Below are positions 37,385 through 48,910 of a stretch of 64,000 nucleotides of DNA, in pieces; the stretch's first letter is position 1; every line of letters starts with the position of its first letter. The stretch comes from Dimorphilus gyrociliatus (taxonomy: Eukaryota; Animalia; Annelida): the NCBI GenBank assembly GCA_904063045.1, contig CAJFCJ010000035.1, forward strand, positions 1 through 64,000, given 5' to 3'. The notes under the pieces were generated by a model. The model was not told the origin of the DNA. It did no database searches and saw only the letters and a program-made list of their open reading frames with translations. The position numbers and the translations under genes are program-made.

Positions 37385-40093
37385 GGGGTCGGGTGTGAAC
37401 GTACCTGGGTGCGAACGTACCCGGGTGCGAACGTACCCTGGGCGGGTGCGAACGTACCCAGGTACGTTCGCACCCTATTTTTATATTTATTTTATTTTTG
37501 AATTTTTGAATAAACATGTACATTGACACCCTTTTTTCCTTCTGTTCCTTCATTATATATTTGTTAATATATTGATTTGATAGAATGCAGATATTAAATA
37601 GAATACATATCCCATCAATATTAAATTACTACTTTAAAAGAAAATGTTGTTGAAAGTGAAATAGCAGCCATTTTAATAGTGATAGTTTTATTAAATAAAC
37701 TTTCACTTGGAATATTTATCCTTGCAAAAGTAAAGCTATATTTACTGAATAAATTTGGACAAAGTTCTTCTTGGAAGCTTCAACAGAAGTGAGTATTTAT
37801 ATCTAATCATTGAGATTGTTGATTCATGATATTTTGATGTAATATACTATCTTCAATTGTGAAAAAGCTGAATATTTTTCATAAATAAAATTTCAGCCAT
37901 TTTGAATATTTGGAAAGGAAATTTATTGATAACTGGAAATATTTTTAGATAACCATCTACATTTGATTGAAGATTAAAAAATGGCTTTCAAATGTCACAA
38001 TTGTCATTCAACAATTTATGGAAGGCAAAAATATTTGAAATGCAGCCTTTGTAAGAATCTTATTCATAGGAAATGCACAGGTATGTAACTCTTTAATCAG
38101 CTTTCATGTAATTATATTTTTTAACATATTCTTATAGAAACACATAACATACCAATTTGCAAACCTTGTAACAAAAGAAAATGTACTGTCATGCTCAAGA
38201 AGTTAACTAATCTGGAAATTCATCAATTCAAAGTAAATTCTGAAGAAAGCTTTATTGATGAAAGAAATAAGATTGCTGCAGTTGAGGAATCAATATTGGA
38301 GGATGAAAATCATGTTCTTTCAGAATGCCAATCAATGGACCTAGACTCTTTGGAGGAAGTTGAAGAGAATGCTGAAGAATATTGTGAATCATCCACAAAA
38401 AGTGATTTTGAGATTGTAAAAGGAGGAAGTAGAAAGGGACATGACATTTTACTGAATGATGGATATTCTTTTGTTGTTAAACATAAAACACCATCAAGTA
38501 CTATTTGGGTGTGCAGTGTGAGAAGTAAGAAGAAAAGATGTGTGGCCAGAATAAGACAAAATGGAAATTTATTTCTCAAAGGCAATTTGGAACATAATCA
38601 CAACAGAAAAAAGAATTTAGAAGTGGATATTAAAGTGAAAACAGATTTGAAAATTGTTTGCAGAAGTGATAATCAAACATCTGGAAGAAGCATTGCTGAA
38701 AAAGTTCTTCTATCCTATGAACCCAATGCAACTTGTCTTCCTGATATCAACTATTTGAAGAGAATGGCAAACTCAAATAGACAAAAGTTTAGGCCAGTGG
38801 AACCTAAAGTGTACAACTTTAATTTAGATGAAACATTTTTGCCTGATGAATTTTTGCAGAAAGATATTTGTGAAAATGGAGAAAGAATTTTAATCTTTGC
38901 AACAAACCATCAGCTGAATTTATTATCAAAATCCAACTGTTGGTACATTGATGGTACTTTCAAGATTGTAAAAGAACCATTTTATCAACTTGTCACTATT
39001 CACTCATTTGTTAAGAAGAGTGGTGATATGAAGCAAGTTCCTCTTGTTTTTATTTTTCTGACTTCAAAGCATACCAAAGCATACTTACAAGCATTTCAAG
39101 TAAATATTTCATATTATCTCTTCAAAAGTGATGATAAATAAAGTTGCTTTTTTGTAGCATATCAACAATCTTATCAATGATTTTCATCCAAAAAGAATTA
39201 CAATGGATTTTGAAAAAGGACAATGGAAAGCATTATCAAAAGTATATCCCCTCACTGAATTTCAAGGTTGTGTATTTCATTTCACACAAGCAGTATACAG
39301 GAAAATACAAGTCAGTTACATTCAAATATATATAACATTATCTATTAAATAACTTATATTATTGAATAGGCTCTTGGCTATGTAAAGAAATACAAAGAAA
39401 AAGGAAATGATTGGAAAGATTTCAGAAAATTGATGGCTCTGCCATTCTTGCCAGCACATATTATTCAACCAACATTTGACAGCATAAATGCAGAACTTTG
39501 TGAAAAAAATAGATTTTTGGACCTGCTGCAATACTTCCAAACAAACTGGATCAAAAATAAATTATGGAAACCAAATAACTGGTCAGTTTTTGGTTTGTCT
39601 ATTAGGACCAATAATGATTGTGAAGGATGGCATCAAAGAATGAATAGTAAGCTGCCTGCTAAAGGTTCTTTTTACATGCTGGTTGATGAGCTAAAAAAAG
39701 AGTCTGAGTTGATTGCAGTTTATGAGAAATTACTGTCAGAAAAAAGGATTTACAAACATCAAAAGAAAAAGTATATTGACATCCAAAAGAAAATTTTTGA
39801 TTTATGGGATGATTTCAAGTTGAACAAATTGACATCAATTGATCTATTAATGCAGACATCCCATATCTACTCTCCAGCATAAATATCATTTGTCAAGCTT
39901 TATTGTTTTTTAGTATAATATTTAGTCTTTTAAATACATACTTTTAGATTTATAGCTAAATCTTTTATTCAAAAATTCAAAAATAAAATAAATATAAAAA
40001 TAGGGTGCGAACGTACCTGGGTACGTTCGCACCCGCCCAGGGTACGTTCGCACCCGGGTACGTTCACACCCAGGTACGTTCGCACCCCAACTC
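37385..40093 (+). mobile_element. Full-length Mutator-like (MULE) DNA transposon, about 130-bp TIRs with gggtgcgaacgtacc subrepeats, 9-bp TSD taatcattt
   Basis: TSD at 37376-37384 and 40094-40102. Near-identical inverted ends. Encodes the transposase described below. Confidence 0.93.
37981..39882 (+). CDS. PHD-FLYWCH-MULE transposase, 4 exons (37981-38080, 38138-39099, 39158-39310, 39370-39882), 575 aa, open frame
   Basis: Spliced manually with GT-AG introns of 57-59 nt; total 1728 nt. PHD (CHNC..CSLC..HRKC..CKPC), FLYWCH (LLNDGYSF..WVC..RC..HNH), catalytic WYIDGTF / TMDFE / TNNDCEGWH, and the GCVFHF motif. Confidence 0.9.
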
Positions 40094-40322
40094 TAATCAT
40101 TTACATCTATGTCATAGTCTTCTTCTTCTCCCATTTGATTGTTTCTTCCTGTTGCCTGCACTCCTTCCATTTCCAAATTATCGTTATCATTGAAGAGAAG
40201 ACAAAACTCTTTCAAATTTGTTAAATACTCAACTGTTCTGTCTCTCTGAATCTTTAAATATAAATACGATATTGACAGAGTTAGAAAGTTGAAAAAGGCC
40301 TAACATTGTTTTCAGTGCATTT

Positions 40323-40505
40323 TCATACCCTGCCAATTTTCAATGATCTAAAATCGAAAGTACAAGCTATTTTTAGCTGTTGGTATGCGCAATTGGATGA
40401 CCATTTGTCTTCACTATAACAACAACCAATATTTTGACAATATGTTAATGATATTTCAGGCCAATCACATTCTATTTTTTCATTGACTGGTTGAGTGCAA
40501 ATCAT
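40323..40505 (-). CDS. Trefoil (P-type) domain-containing exon
   Basis: KIECDWPEISLTYCQNIGCCYSEDKWSSNC matches the trefoil C-G(W)P-I-C-GCC-C pattern. The upstream exon is unresolved. Confidence 0.5.
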   Translation of the reverse strand: MICTQPVNEKIECDWPEISLTYCQNIGCCYSEDKWSSNCAYQQLKIACTFDFRSLKIGRV

Positions 40506-41188
40506 AGAAGATAGAGATAATCTAAAAAAGCTCTAATAGCCCTACTTACCTCAAACAAAAAAGCCTATATGCTTTCTTTGATTTTGAGCTCATTATACTA
40601 AAAGGTATTACTAAAACATGATGTACATGTATGTGTAAAAAAACTTATTACACCTAAAAAATGTCTTTGAGCACCTTTTTAAGACCTTTAGTACAAATCT
40701 CCTTTTTCAAGATGTCAGACAAAAAATTAGAAATGTCCCAGGAACCTTGTTCCAACTGATTTTATTTTCAAATGATCTTCTTGAATGATTAGATAACATG
40801 AATGCTGCAGTAAAAGTATATATCGTATGGGTTTGATTGACTTACAACATCCAAGAAACACTTTGTCAAAGGAGTACATTTTTCAAATTCCGCTTTCTCA
40901 AGATGGAAAAAAACCCATTTTCATATCTATAGCAAAGTCAAATTGCTCCTTTTCACATTATGTTTTAGTAATACCCTTGTGCAATGTTTTTAAATTTATT
41001 TATAGAACAAAAACGAAACAAATTTTTTTTCTAACATTAGAAAACAACTGTTCGAACCATTGGTATTGTTACACCATGTTTTAGTAGTACCATTTTTTCC
41101 ATCTTTACTCACAGACATTAAAAGTAGAGTAGGGGGCGCTAGGTTTAAAATAAAATCTTAAAACTATCTATATAATTGGAGAAAAGAC

Positions 41189-41488
41189 ATGGAAGACACA
41201 ATCAAAGTAAATTTAATAAATTATTCTCCTATCGGAAGTTCATCTCCTTTTATTGATATTTCATCTGATGCAGAATCAAGGCTCTATAAGAAAACACTAT
41301 CCACTCTCCAATGTAAACTTTGCTATAGTAAGAATGCAAATGTTTTGTTGTTACCTTGTAATGATATAGTTTGGTGTATTGACTGTTTATTATAATTTTC
41401 AAAATCAAAATGTCCTGAATGTGGAGTGTATCACAAAGAATACATTATCATCCAATCCGATATGGATAAATTAAATTTGACATTTTAA
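41189..41488 (+). pseudogene. IAP/MDM2-type C-terminal RING finger ORF with an in-frame stop
   Basis: CKLCYSKNANVLLLPCNDIVWCIDCLL*FSKSKCPECG; TAA at 41393-41395; the His ligand position is Asp. Confidence 0.65.
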
Positions 41489-42569
41489 TTTAATGTTTTA
41501 TAAAAAAATTATAATAAACTTTATTTTATTACAAATTATTCTTATATGAAATTTCGTTTTTTTCTTATTGTCGCTAAATATTATATATTTCTTAGTGAAC
41601 GTGCACTATATATAGGCCTATCAAAAATAAATCAAACACATCAATGTCAAACCAGTCTATTCAAGATTTATTTTGCTCATGTCCAGATCAAAACACTGAA
41701 TAATTGGACTTTTATCTATTTGGGTCATCTTATAATTTCTGCCTATTAGATTCTGTGATAATCCAGCGTTAATAATCTTAATTTTAGCAATAGTAAACCA
41801 AGTGTTAAAAATCTATTAAAATGTGAAAAACTCCCTTTTTTATTTAAACTAGAGGAGAATAAATTTTTTGTAATCAGCATTCAACAAAGTTACAAAACGC
41901 TTTAGCTTTGACCTTAGGAGAGAAAACTAGTTTAAGTGTTACTAAAAGAAAAGAGTAATACGGACACTGCATATAATTGATTTTGTCGAATGGAATACAA
42001 TTCAATAAAAAATATAAAAAAATTCGCATATAATAATCCATAGGGCGCCATCTGTTATTTTTATATATAATAAAGTATAATAAACTTTTGTATTTCCAGG
42101 ACTGATTTTGAAATTTTCCAATAATTTTATACTTTTGGTACTTCCGACTTTCAACCAATTAAACAAATTTCATAATAAACAGAGTCTACATCATTGTAGA
42201 CCTCTACTCACTTGCAAGTATGTAAATTACTACATAACATTTTACATCCATTCACACCACTATCATAATAGTGAACTGTCATAAATGGATTATAAAAAAT
42301 TATTTTATCTTCATAGCTTGAATAAGAGCAATCTTAAAAGAGTAAAAGAAAAAGAGCACAACAATTTCATAAAAATATAAAAATTTAAATTACTTTTCCC
42401 TTCAATCAAATTTGTAGATGATACAATAAGAAAAAAGAATAGTAACACTTTAGGCAACATTCCTTATGGATATATGACTTCCATTGGTGCTAATGCAAAT
42501 ATTGAATAACTTCAGTTTTTTTTCTGTATCGTATTGATTGCAAAAAACCTATCGATTGTTGTATAAAAG

Positions 42570-42925
42570 TGGGAATTTACTCACAAAGTACTTTCCCAAA
42601 GAATGGGTTCAAATGGTCAAAGGTTTACTTGAATGAAATAGAAGGAAATGTAATAATCCACCAGATTCTAATGGTGGACTGGAATTATGAAAAGAGTCTA
42701 TTCTGTGAAAATTCCATTGCCAAGCAAATCTCTCTGTCTAGATTGGTAAATGGTTGACGCCGTTTTCAAGTCTGTTCAAGATGTTCAAGGAGCTATATGT
42801 AAATAGGATCACATTCTGGGGAATGCTTTGGTAGAAACAAACGAGGGCTAAATGGTATTTGTTTACCAGGAAGGAAAGGAAGGGAATGTGAACAGCCACT
42901 TTGTAATGGCTCCTTGTAAAATCTT
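42570..42925 (+). pseudogene. Degenerate TSP1-like/EGF-like fragment
   Basis: CNNPPDSNGG and GICLPGRKGRECEQPLC in broken frames. Confidence 0.35.
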
Positions 42926-43019
42926 ACTATGCTTACATATACTTCTAATGCCTTTGAAACCTTCCAGTTAAGTAAAGGTTTGTGTAAATGTGAAACTTCT
43001 AATTAAAGCAATTAGAAAA

Positions 43020-43330
43020 TATTGGACAATTTAAAAATATTTTGTTCAAATATTAAAATCATTAAACTTAACAGTGATTTCTTTGAAAGAGATGATGTAC
43101 CAAACCTTTATAATGGACTTGAATATTCTTCCAATTCTTTGGAAGTTTTAGAGTTTATTGGAGATTTTGCTGAGCATGGATCATGGGTATATTAAATTTG
43201 TTAATCAAATGTTTAAATAGACCAAACATAATGTACACTTTAAATTCAAAAGTATTGTTGTCAGAATTAACTGATCAAATGATTATATCTTCAGATAATA
43301 TAAAAGAAATCACTCTGGATTCAAAAGGCA
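43020..43330 (+). pseudogene. Diverged RI-type LRR fragment (same family as 43882-44916, opposite strand)
   Basis: CSNIKIIKLNS..NLYNGLEYSSNSLEVLEF resembles CSKIETIDL..DLCKGFEHSSQTLKLIDV. Confidence 0.45.
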
Positions 43331-43881
43331 GCCTAGATTGTATAAGACCAGGCACTTTTTCACTTGCTCAATGAAGGGTTAACACACATGAATGATTGTG
43401 AGTTTTTAATTGAAGAGATTATTAAAAACAGCAATACAGGTTCACCTCACCTTTGTGGAGATTTTGTTTAGTACAATTGGAGATGCAGCGATAACTCAGG
43501 CCAGGAACTGTAACCTTTGATAGTAGTTCCTAACCAGCTTACAGTGTGAGTGCAATTGTAGGATTGCCAGTCTATACTGATTGCGCTATTCCCTAACATT
43601 AACTTTTCACAATCAGTCTGTTGGTGACATAACTAAGGCCTTTAAACTCACCTAAAGGTATGGGAAATACCTCTAAAGTAACAACAAGCTTTTTTCTCCT
43701 TATCCATATGCTAAAAAGACTTGTAATGAGCTCTGTTATAAATTTTTTGTCTATAAGGACAAATACTCTTGTGACAAACCAGAAATTCATAAAATTAATT
43801 TACAAAAAAAAGTAGAGTTTTTTAGAGTTTGAATTTCATTTGCAACAGCATGAAATAACTGACCAAGATGGAGTCTGCTTT

Positions 43882-44916
43882 TCAAAATATCACATTCAAC
43901 CATTTGTTACCCTTTCCAAGTTTTTTCAACATTTGTTCTCTGTTATCACCAAAAGTGCAATCGTCAGCATAAAAAAACTTTAACATTTTTGGTGGTTGTT
44001 GACAAAGTTCAAAAATATCAAAAATTCCATTACCTATACAAGAATTATTTGATAAATCTATTGTTTCAAGTTTAGAACATTTATTTAAAAGATTTCCAAT
44101 ATTTTTGCATTGATCTTCTTCCAAAAAGCATTCCCTAAAATTAATATTCTTCAATGTTTTAGATGATTGTTCAAGTCCCTCACATATATCAAGAAATCCA
44201 TTTTTCATATTTATATTGTATGATAAATATACTCTTTCTATTTTAGAACATTTTTTCAAGAGATTTCCTAACTTTACACATTGTTCTTTATTCAAATTGC
44301 AGTTATTAACATCAATTAACTTTAGTGTTTGTGATGAATGTTCGAATCCTTTGCATAGATCAAAAAATCCATTTCCCATACATTTATTGTATGATAAATC
44401 CATTTGTTCTATTTTGGAACATTTTCTGAGAAAATATCCTAACTTTGTGCTCTGTTCTGTGTCTAATTTACAGTTTCTAACATCAATAACCTTTAAACTT
44501 TTGGACGATTGTTCAAGTCCTTCGCAAATATTGAACAATCCGTTAAACATTAAAAAATTCGATTTTAAATCTATTGTTTCTATTTTAGAACATTTTTTTA
44601 AAAGACTTCCAAGTTTTATGCAATGTTCTGCTTTCATATCACACCGCTCCAAATAAATAAATTTAAGTGTTTCTGATGATTGTTGAAGTCCTTCACCGAT
44701 ATCAAAAATTGAATTTCCCATATGTTCATTGCCTGATAAGTCTATTGCTTCTATTTTGGAACATTTTTTCAAAAAATTTCCCAATTCTATACATTCTTCA
44801 AGTTTCAAAAAACAGTGCTTAAAAGTTATATACTTTAATGTTTCTGATGATTTTGCCAGTCCTTCACAAATACTAAGAAAGCAAGTTTTCATGGTTTTGC
44901 TAGTAGTTTTATACAT
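43882..44916 (-). CDS. RI-type LRR region (about 6 x 57-aa diverged repeats); probable 3' part of the NLR at 47139-48878, with a frameshift at its 5' edge
   Basis: Periodic LKxIxxxxCxLxxEQCxxLGxxLKKCSKIExIDLSxN. The upstream KKEQCIKL motif is in a different frame near 44900. Confidence 0.8.
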   Translation of the reverse strand: MYKTTSKTMKTCFLSICEGLAKSSETLKYITFKHCFLKLEECIELGNFLKKCSKIEAIDLSGNEHMGNSIFDIGEGLQQSSETLKFIYLERCDMKAEHCIKLGSLLKKCSKIETIDLKSNFLMFNGLFNICEGLEQSSKSLKVIDVRNCKLDTEQSTKLGYFLRKCSKIEQMDLSYNKCMGNGFFDLCKGFEHSSQTLKLIDVNNCNLNKEQCVKLGNLLKKCSKIERVYLSYNINMKNGFLDICEGLEQSSKTLKNINFRECFLEEDQCKNIGNLLNKCSKLETIDLSNNSCIGNGIFDIFELCQQPPKMLKFFYADDCTFGDNREQMLKKLGKGNKWLNVIF

Positions 44917-46097
44917 TGTTCTTTTTTGATATAAATACAGCTCATAGTTATAACATGGTTATAACTACAACAACCACAATAAAAGTGGTTATTACAATGG
45001 TTACAACATAATTTTTAAACAATTTATGAAATAACATTCAGAATGGAAAGTGTAAACAGAAATATAATAACTGTGTAGTTCATATTTATGTTTAGTAACA
45101 GGATGTTACAAGGTTCAACATTTTGTTCAACAATGTTTAATAATATTCTACTCATCATTTTAGAGAGGAAATATATGAAATATTGATATTTTAATGTGAT
45201 AAGTCTAGTTATAGAAAGGAGTAAGCATCACTTATGTTCTGAAAATTTACCCTAAACATTGAGTAGTACCATTGATAACTAGATTTTAAAGTCATAAAAT
45301 TTTTTTGTGCATGCGCATGTGTAATTTAACAGTTGACAAAATAAAAATAAAATGGTGAAGCCATCAAAAGCAACAAGAATATATGTTATCAAAAACTTTA
45401 GATAAACAATAAAGGGGTCCTGGAAGAATATCCCATGGAATGAACATTCAAAACCAGATCAAGGCATAGAAATTGGTGATGTGGCTGGAAAATTAAGAAA
45501 TTCAATTATACATAAAAAATAAGATAGCAAAAGTCCAAGTGACTGCAATGATAATATTTCCGATGAGCCAGAGTTTGGTGATTACGATGGTAATTTTGAT
45601 AGATGTGAGATGAATGAAAATGAAATGGATGAGAATTTAAATGAGAATGCAATACATGCAGATATAAATGAATATGCAAATGAGGGTATCATGGATGAAA
45701 ATATAATTGACAGTGGAACATTAAAGAGCGGAAATATTGACAAACTTGCCAGAAATTATGAACAACAACTTTTGAAAGTTTCAAAAAATAATTGAAAGTG
45801 CAAGTTAGCTGGGAAAAGATTTTATAATAAATGATATATTTTCATTCTCATTGAAAGCCAAAAATTCAAAAAGCAGCAACTGGGTGTGCAGTAAGAGGAA
45901 CAAAACATGAAGATGCAAGGAAAAATGTTTATAAAGGGAATCTTAGAACATATTCATTGTAAAAATGACAAACTAAACACTGACATCAGAATCAGAAAAG
46001 ATTTAAAAGGAATTCGAAAAACTGGCACAATTTCGAATGGAAAAACATTAGCAGAAACAATTATCTTAAAACACAAAGATCAAAGAGATTCTATGAC

Positions 46098-46923
46098 GGG
46101 GTCGGGAAAAAACGTCCTTGGGAAAAAACGTCCCAGGGCGGGAAAAAACGTCCTAATTGTTGGGAAAAAACGTCCTATGCCTGGCTAAAGATATACTTGG
46201 CATAATTATTTATACTTATAATCAGAAATGTTTTTCTCTTTGCAGTTTATTTCATTTATAGAATAAAATATTAATATTTTTGAAGAAAGGGATATGTATT
46301 GTGATGTTTTTACCAGTTTTCTCTGAATTATGTAATGCTATTAAAAGAGAAATGAGTTATTTCCTTGTCTTGCCTGTAAGTGAAAGATAAATTTTGCATT
46401 TCTTGGCATATTTTCAGGCTAATTTGTTTTTTAAGCATTGAAACTCTGGTATTGATTTAGTTTATTGAATATTACAAGATTATACATTTTTTAAGAACAC
46501 TTCTTTCCAGTGAGTTATTATTTATAATTTTTGTATAGGCAGCCATATTTGATAGTTGATTCAATTAATCTATTCAAAATAATTCTCAGTGTCTTAACAT
46601 ACTTTTTACTTTATTCTAGTAAGTTTTAAACTTTGTATAACATTCTTAGCTTTTTTCATTTTTAATACATTTTAATAAACATATATTCATTATTAATTAT
46701 TATATTCTCAGTATATTGCCATTGGTTCCCAAAATAGAGCAATCTTTTTTAAAATTCAAATATCTTTTCCCACTACTTGTTTTTCCCAACCTTGGGACAT
46801 TTTTTCCTAACCTTGGGATGTTTTTTCCCACACTGGGACGTTTTTTCCCACCCTGGGACGTTTTTTCCCAGGGACGTTTTTTCCCAAGGACGTTTTTTCC
46901 CAAGGACGTTTTTTCCCATACTC
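46098..46923. mobile_element. MULE-type MITE with gggaaaaaacgtcc subrepeat TIRs; no matching TSD
   Basis: Four copies at 46098-46190 and seven inverted copies at 46780-46923. Terminus ggggtcggg is identical to 37385. The flanks ttctatgac / gtgcaaatg do not match. Confidence 0.8.
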
Positions 46924-47138
46924 GTGCAAATGGAAACTTGCAAGATAGTTTGTAATATTTTATCAAACTGTGTGTTAGTTTTTTACAATTGAAAAGATGT
47001 TTTAGTTTTGATATTTTTTTCACATTTTCAATTATCTCTAGAGGATTTAATTTTAAGAAAGATAATTCAGGATGTTGGCTAAAATCCAATGGTAATAGCA
47101 GTGTCCTGACACTTATTCATGTATTGCAAAAATTTACA

Positions 47139-48878
47139 TTAAATAGAAAAGCATTTTATTAAAATATTCCAATTAACATTTGTATCAAATAGTTTGACAT
47201 TTTTCAAATTTTTCTCAATACTTTGAAACAAAATGACTATTTCATAGTCATTCAATGTTTCATGTTTTAAAATTAATTTTGTATTTGTATTCAAACCTCT
47301 CTGTAAAATTTCTTTTATATTGTCACTAAAGCTAAGATTTTTTTTAGCAATTTCATTTTTTTGCAAAATAGTTTCAAAAGTTGATGGAGATTCGTCTTTG
47401 ATAAATTCCATTACATTAAATATACAAATACTATCCATTTCTTTGAAAAGATCTTTTGTAAAACCAAAAAAATTTTGTAACCAATAAAAGACACTTTTTG
47501 TATTTGTAAACTTTTGAATTAGATATTTAGTAGCAAAAAATTCTTTGAATGATTCATCATAAAATTTTAATTGCTTTCTATCTGATGAGTAAGGGAAAAT
47601 TTCTGCCACATCATTCAGATACATGTTAACAAATGATTCTTCTTTCCAGTCTTCATCTAAAATTATTTGGGATTTAGAAAGATTTAGAAAGCACATTTCA
47701 TAGAATTTATAAAAATTATTATTGTTTTGTGAACTTGTGATGAATCCAGCCTTTTTTTGCATTGTATCAATTAATTCATTGTATAAATCAAAGAGATTTC
47801 TATCACATATAGTTTCTTCCCTTTTAAACCAAGTTTCAACAATTACCATTGCTAATTCTGGGATTTGACACAAATTTTGTATTTTTCTATATCTTTTCAA
47901 AATTGTGTTTATGAATTGACATTCTTTATTATTATTTTCCACATAACAATTTCTGTTCTTAGCATAACTTTTCAGAAATGACTGAAATTGAACAGTATTC
48001 CATCCCATTAGTTCAATTACAATGTCGTATGTACATTTAATCTGGTTTGCTCTACAATTTCTAGACCATATTACTGTTTGAATATTGCAATGTGAATCAT
48101 GGATAAAATTGTAAAATTGATGGCCCTGAAGATGGAATTGATCGCCTCCATCCAGAAATAGTATGACATCTTGTCTTCTTTCAGAAAATATTGATTGAAC
48201 TATACTTTCAGTAATATAAGGAATATTTTTGAAATTTTGTAAATATATTTCCTGATAGATATTTCTTTCATGGCTGATTTTATTCAAATTAACAAATATT
48301 ATCAACTTTTCTTTATCAACATTCCATTTTTTATTTGCCCATTTATATATTAAATATTCAAATTGAAAACTTTTACCAATTCTTGCTTCTCCTTGAATTA
48401 AAATTTTCTTGAAACCTTTATAGAATATATGATAAAAGTTATTATAATTGATGTCTGCTAAATCAAGATCATCATTAAAAAAGTTACTATCTATTATTTC
48501 AAAACATGCTTCTGTGTTATGTTGTTTGGCTTGAATATTTAAAAACTCTTTTTTTCTCTCCTGTTGAGTATCATGAATGAGAGTTTTCCAAATTTTTTCT
48601 CTATCCTTAATACATTCAGCTAGTAAACTGGCTTCTGAATTATTCAAGTAGTTTACGACATCAATTACATAACCCAGTGGTTTATTCTCAAGAATATTCA
48701 ACTCAATTGCCAATTTTCGCTCTTCACATTTGAGGATTTCTGATCTATCCATATTTGAATTATGATGTAAATTTTTAAAATTTTCCTGGTTTTTGTATAA
48801 TTCTTTAATATCATTCTTATATAATTGAAAAGACAATTTTCCCAAAAAATCCATAATTCTATTATCAACAAAATCCAT
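47139..48878 (-). CDS. NACHT NTPase (NLR-like) with probable N-terminal death-fold; LRR continuation disrupted
   Basis: ILIQGEARIGKS Walker A, VILFLDGGDQ Walker B, IWSR sensor, LCQIPEL, FYDESFKEFFATKY WH motif. Stop at 47139, then a frameshifted LRR-like stretch to the MITE. Confidence 0.85.
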   Translation of the reverse strand: MDFVDNRIMDFLGKLSFQLYKNDIKELYKNQENFKNLHHNSNMDRSEILKCEERKLAIELNILENKPLGYVIDVVNYLNNSEASLLAECIKDREKIWKTLIHDTQQERKKEFLNIQAKQHNTEACFEIIDSNFFNDDLDLADINYNNFYHIFYKGFKKILIQGEARIGKSFQFEYLIYKWANKKWNVDKEKLIIFVNLNKISHERNIYQEIYLQNFKNIPYITESIVQSIFSERRQDVILFLDGGDQFHLQGHQFYNFIHDSHCNIQTVIWSRNCRANQIKCTYDIVIELMGWNTVQFQSFLKSYAKNRNCYVENNNKECQFINTILKRYRKIQNLCQIPELAMVIVETWFKREETICDRNLFDLYNELIDTMQKKAGFITSSQNNNNFYKFYEMCFLNLSKSQIILDEDWKEESFVNMYLNDVAEIFPYSSDRKQLKFYDESFKEFFATKYLIQKFTNTKSVFYWLQNFFGFTKDLFKEMDSICIFNVMEFIKDESPSTFETILQKNEIAKKNLSFSDNIKEILQRGLNTNTKLILKHETLNDYEIVILFQSIEKNLKNVKLFDTNVNWNILIKCFSI

Positions 48879-48910
48879 TTTATTAGATGAATCATATACT
48901 TAACCTCATC

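Noticed and set aside
45400-46097. Acidic ORF pieces possibly from a hAT/CMC transposase
   Set aside because: No diagnostic motif recognised.
46098-46923. Short GC-rich repeats with variable gaps resembling a CRISPR array (also 37385-37470, 40005-40093)
   Set aside because: Repeats are inverted at the two ends, spacers are 1-10 nt, the context is eukaryotic and there are no cas genes; these are MULE terminal subrepeats.
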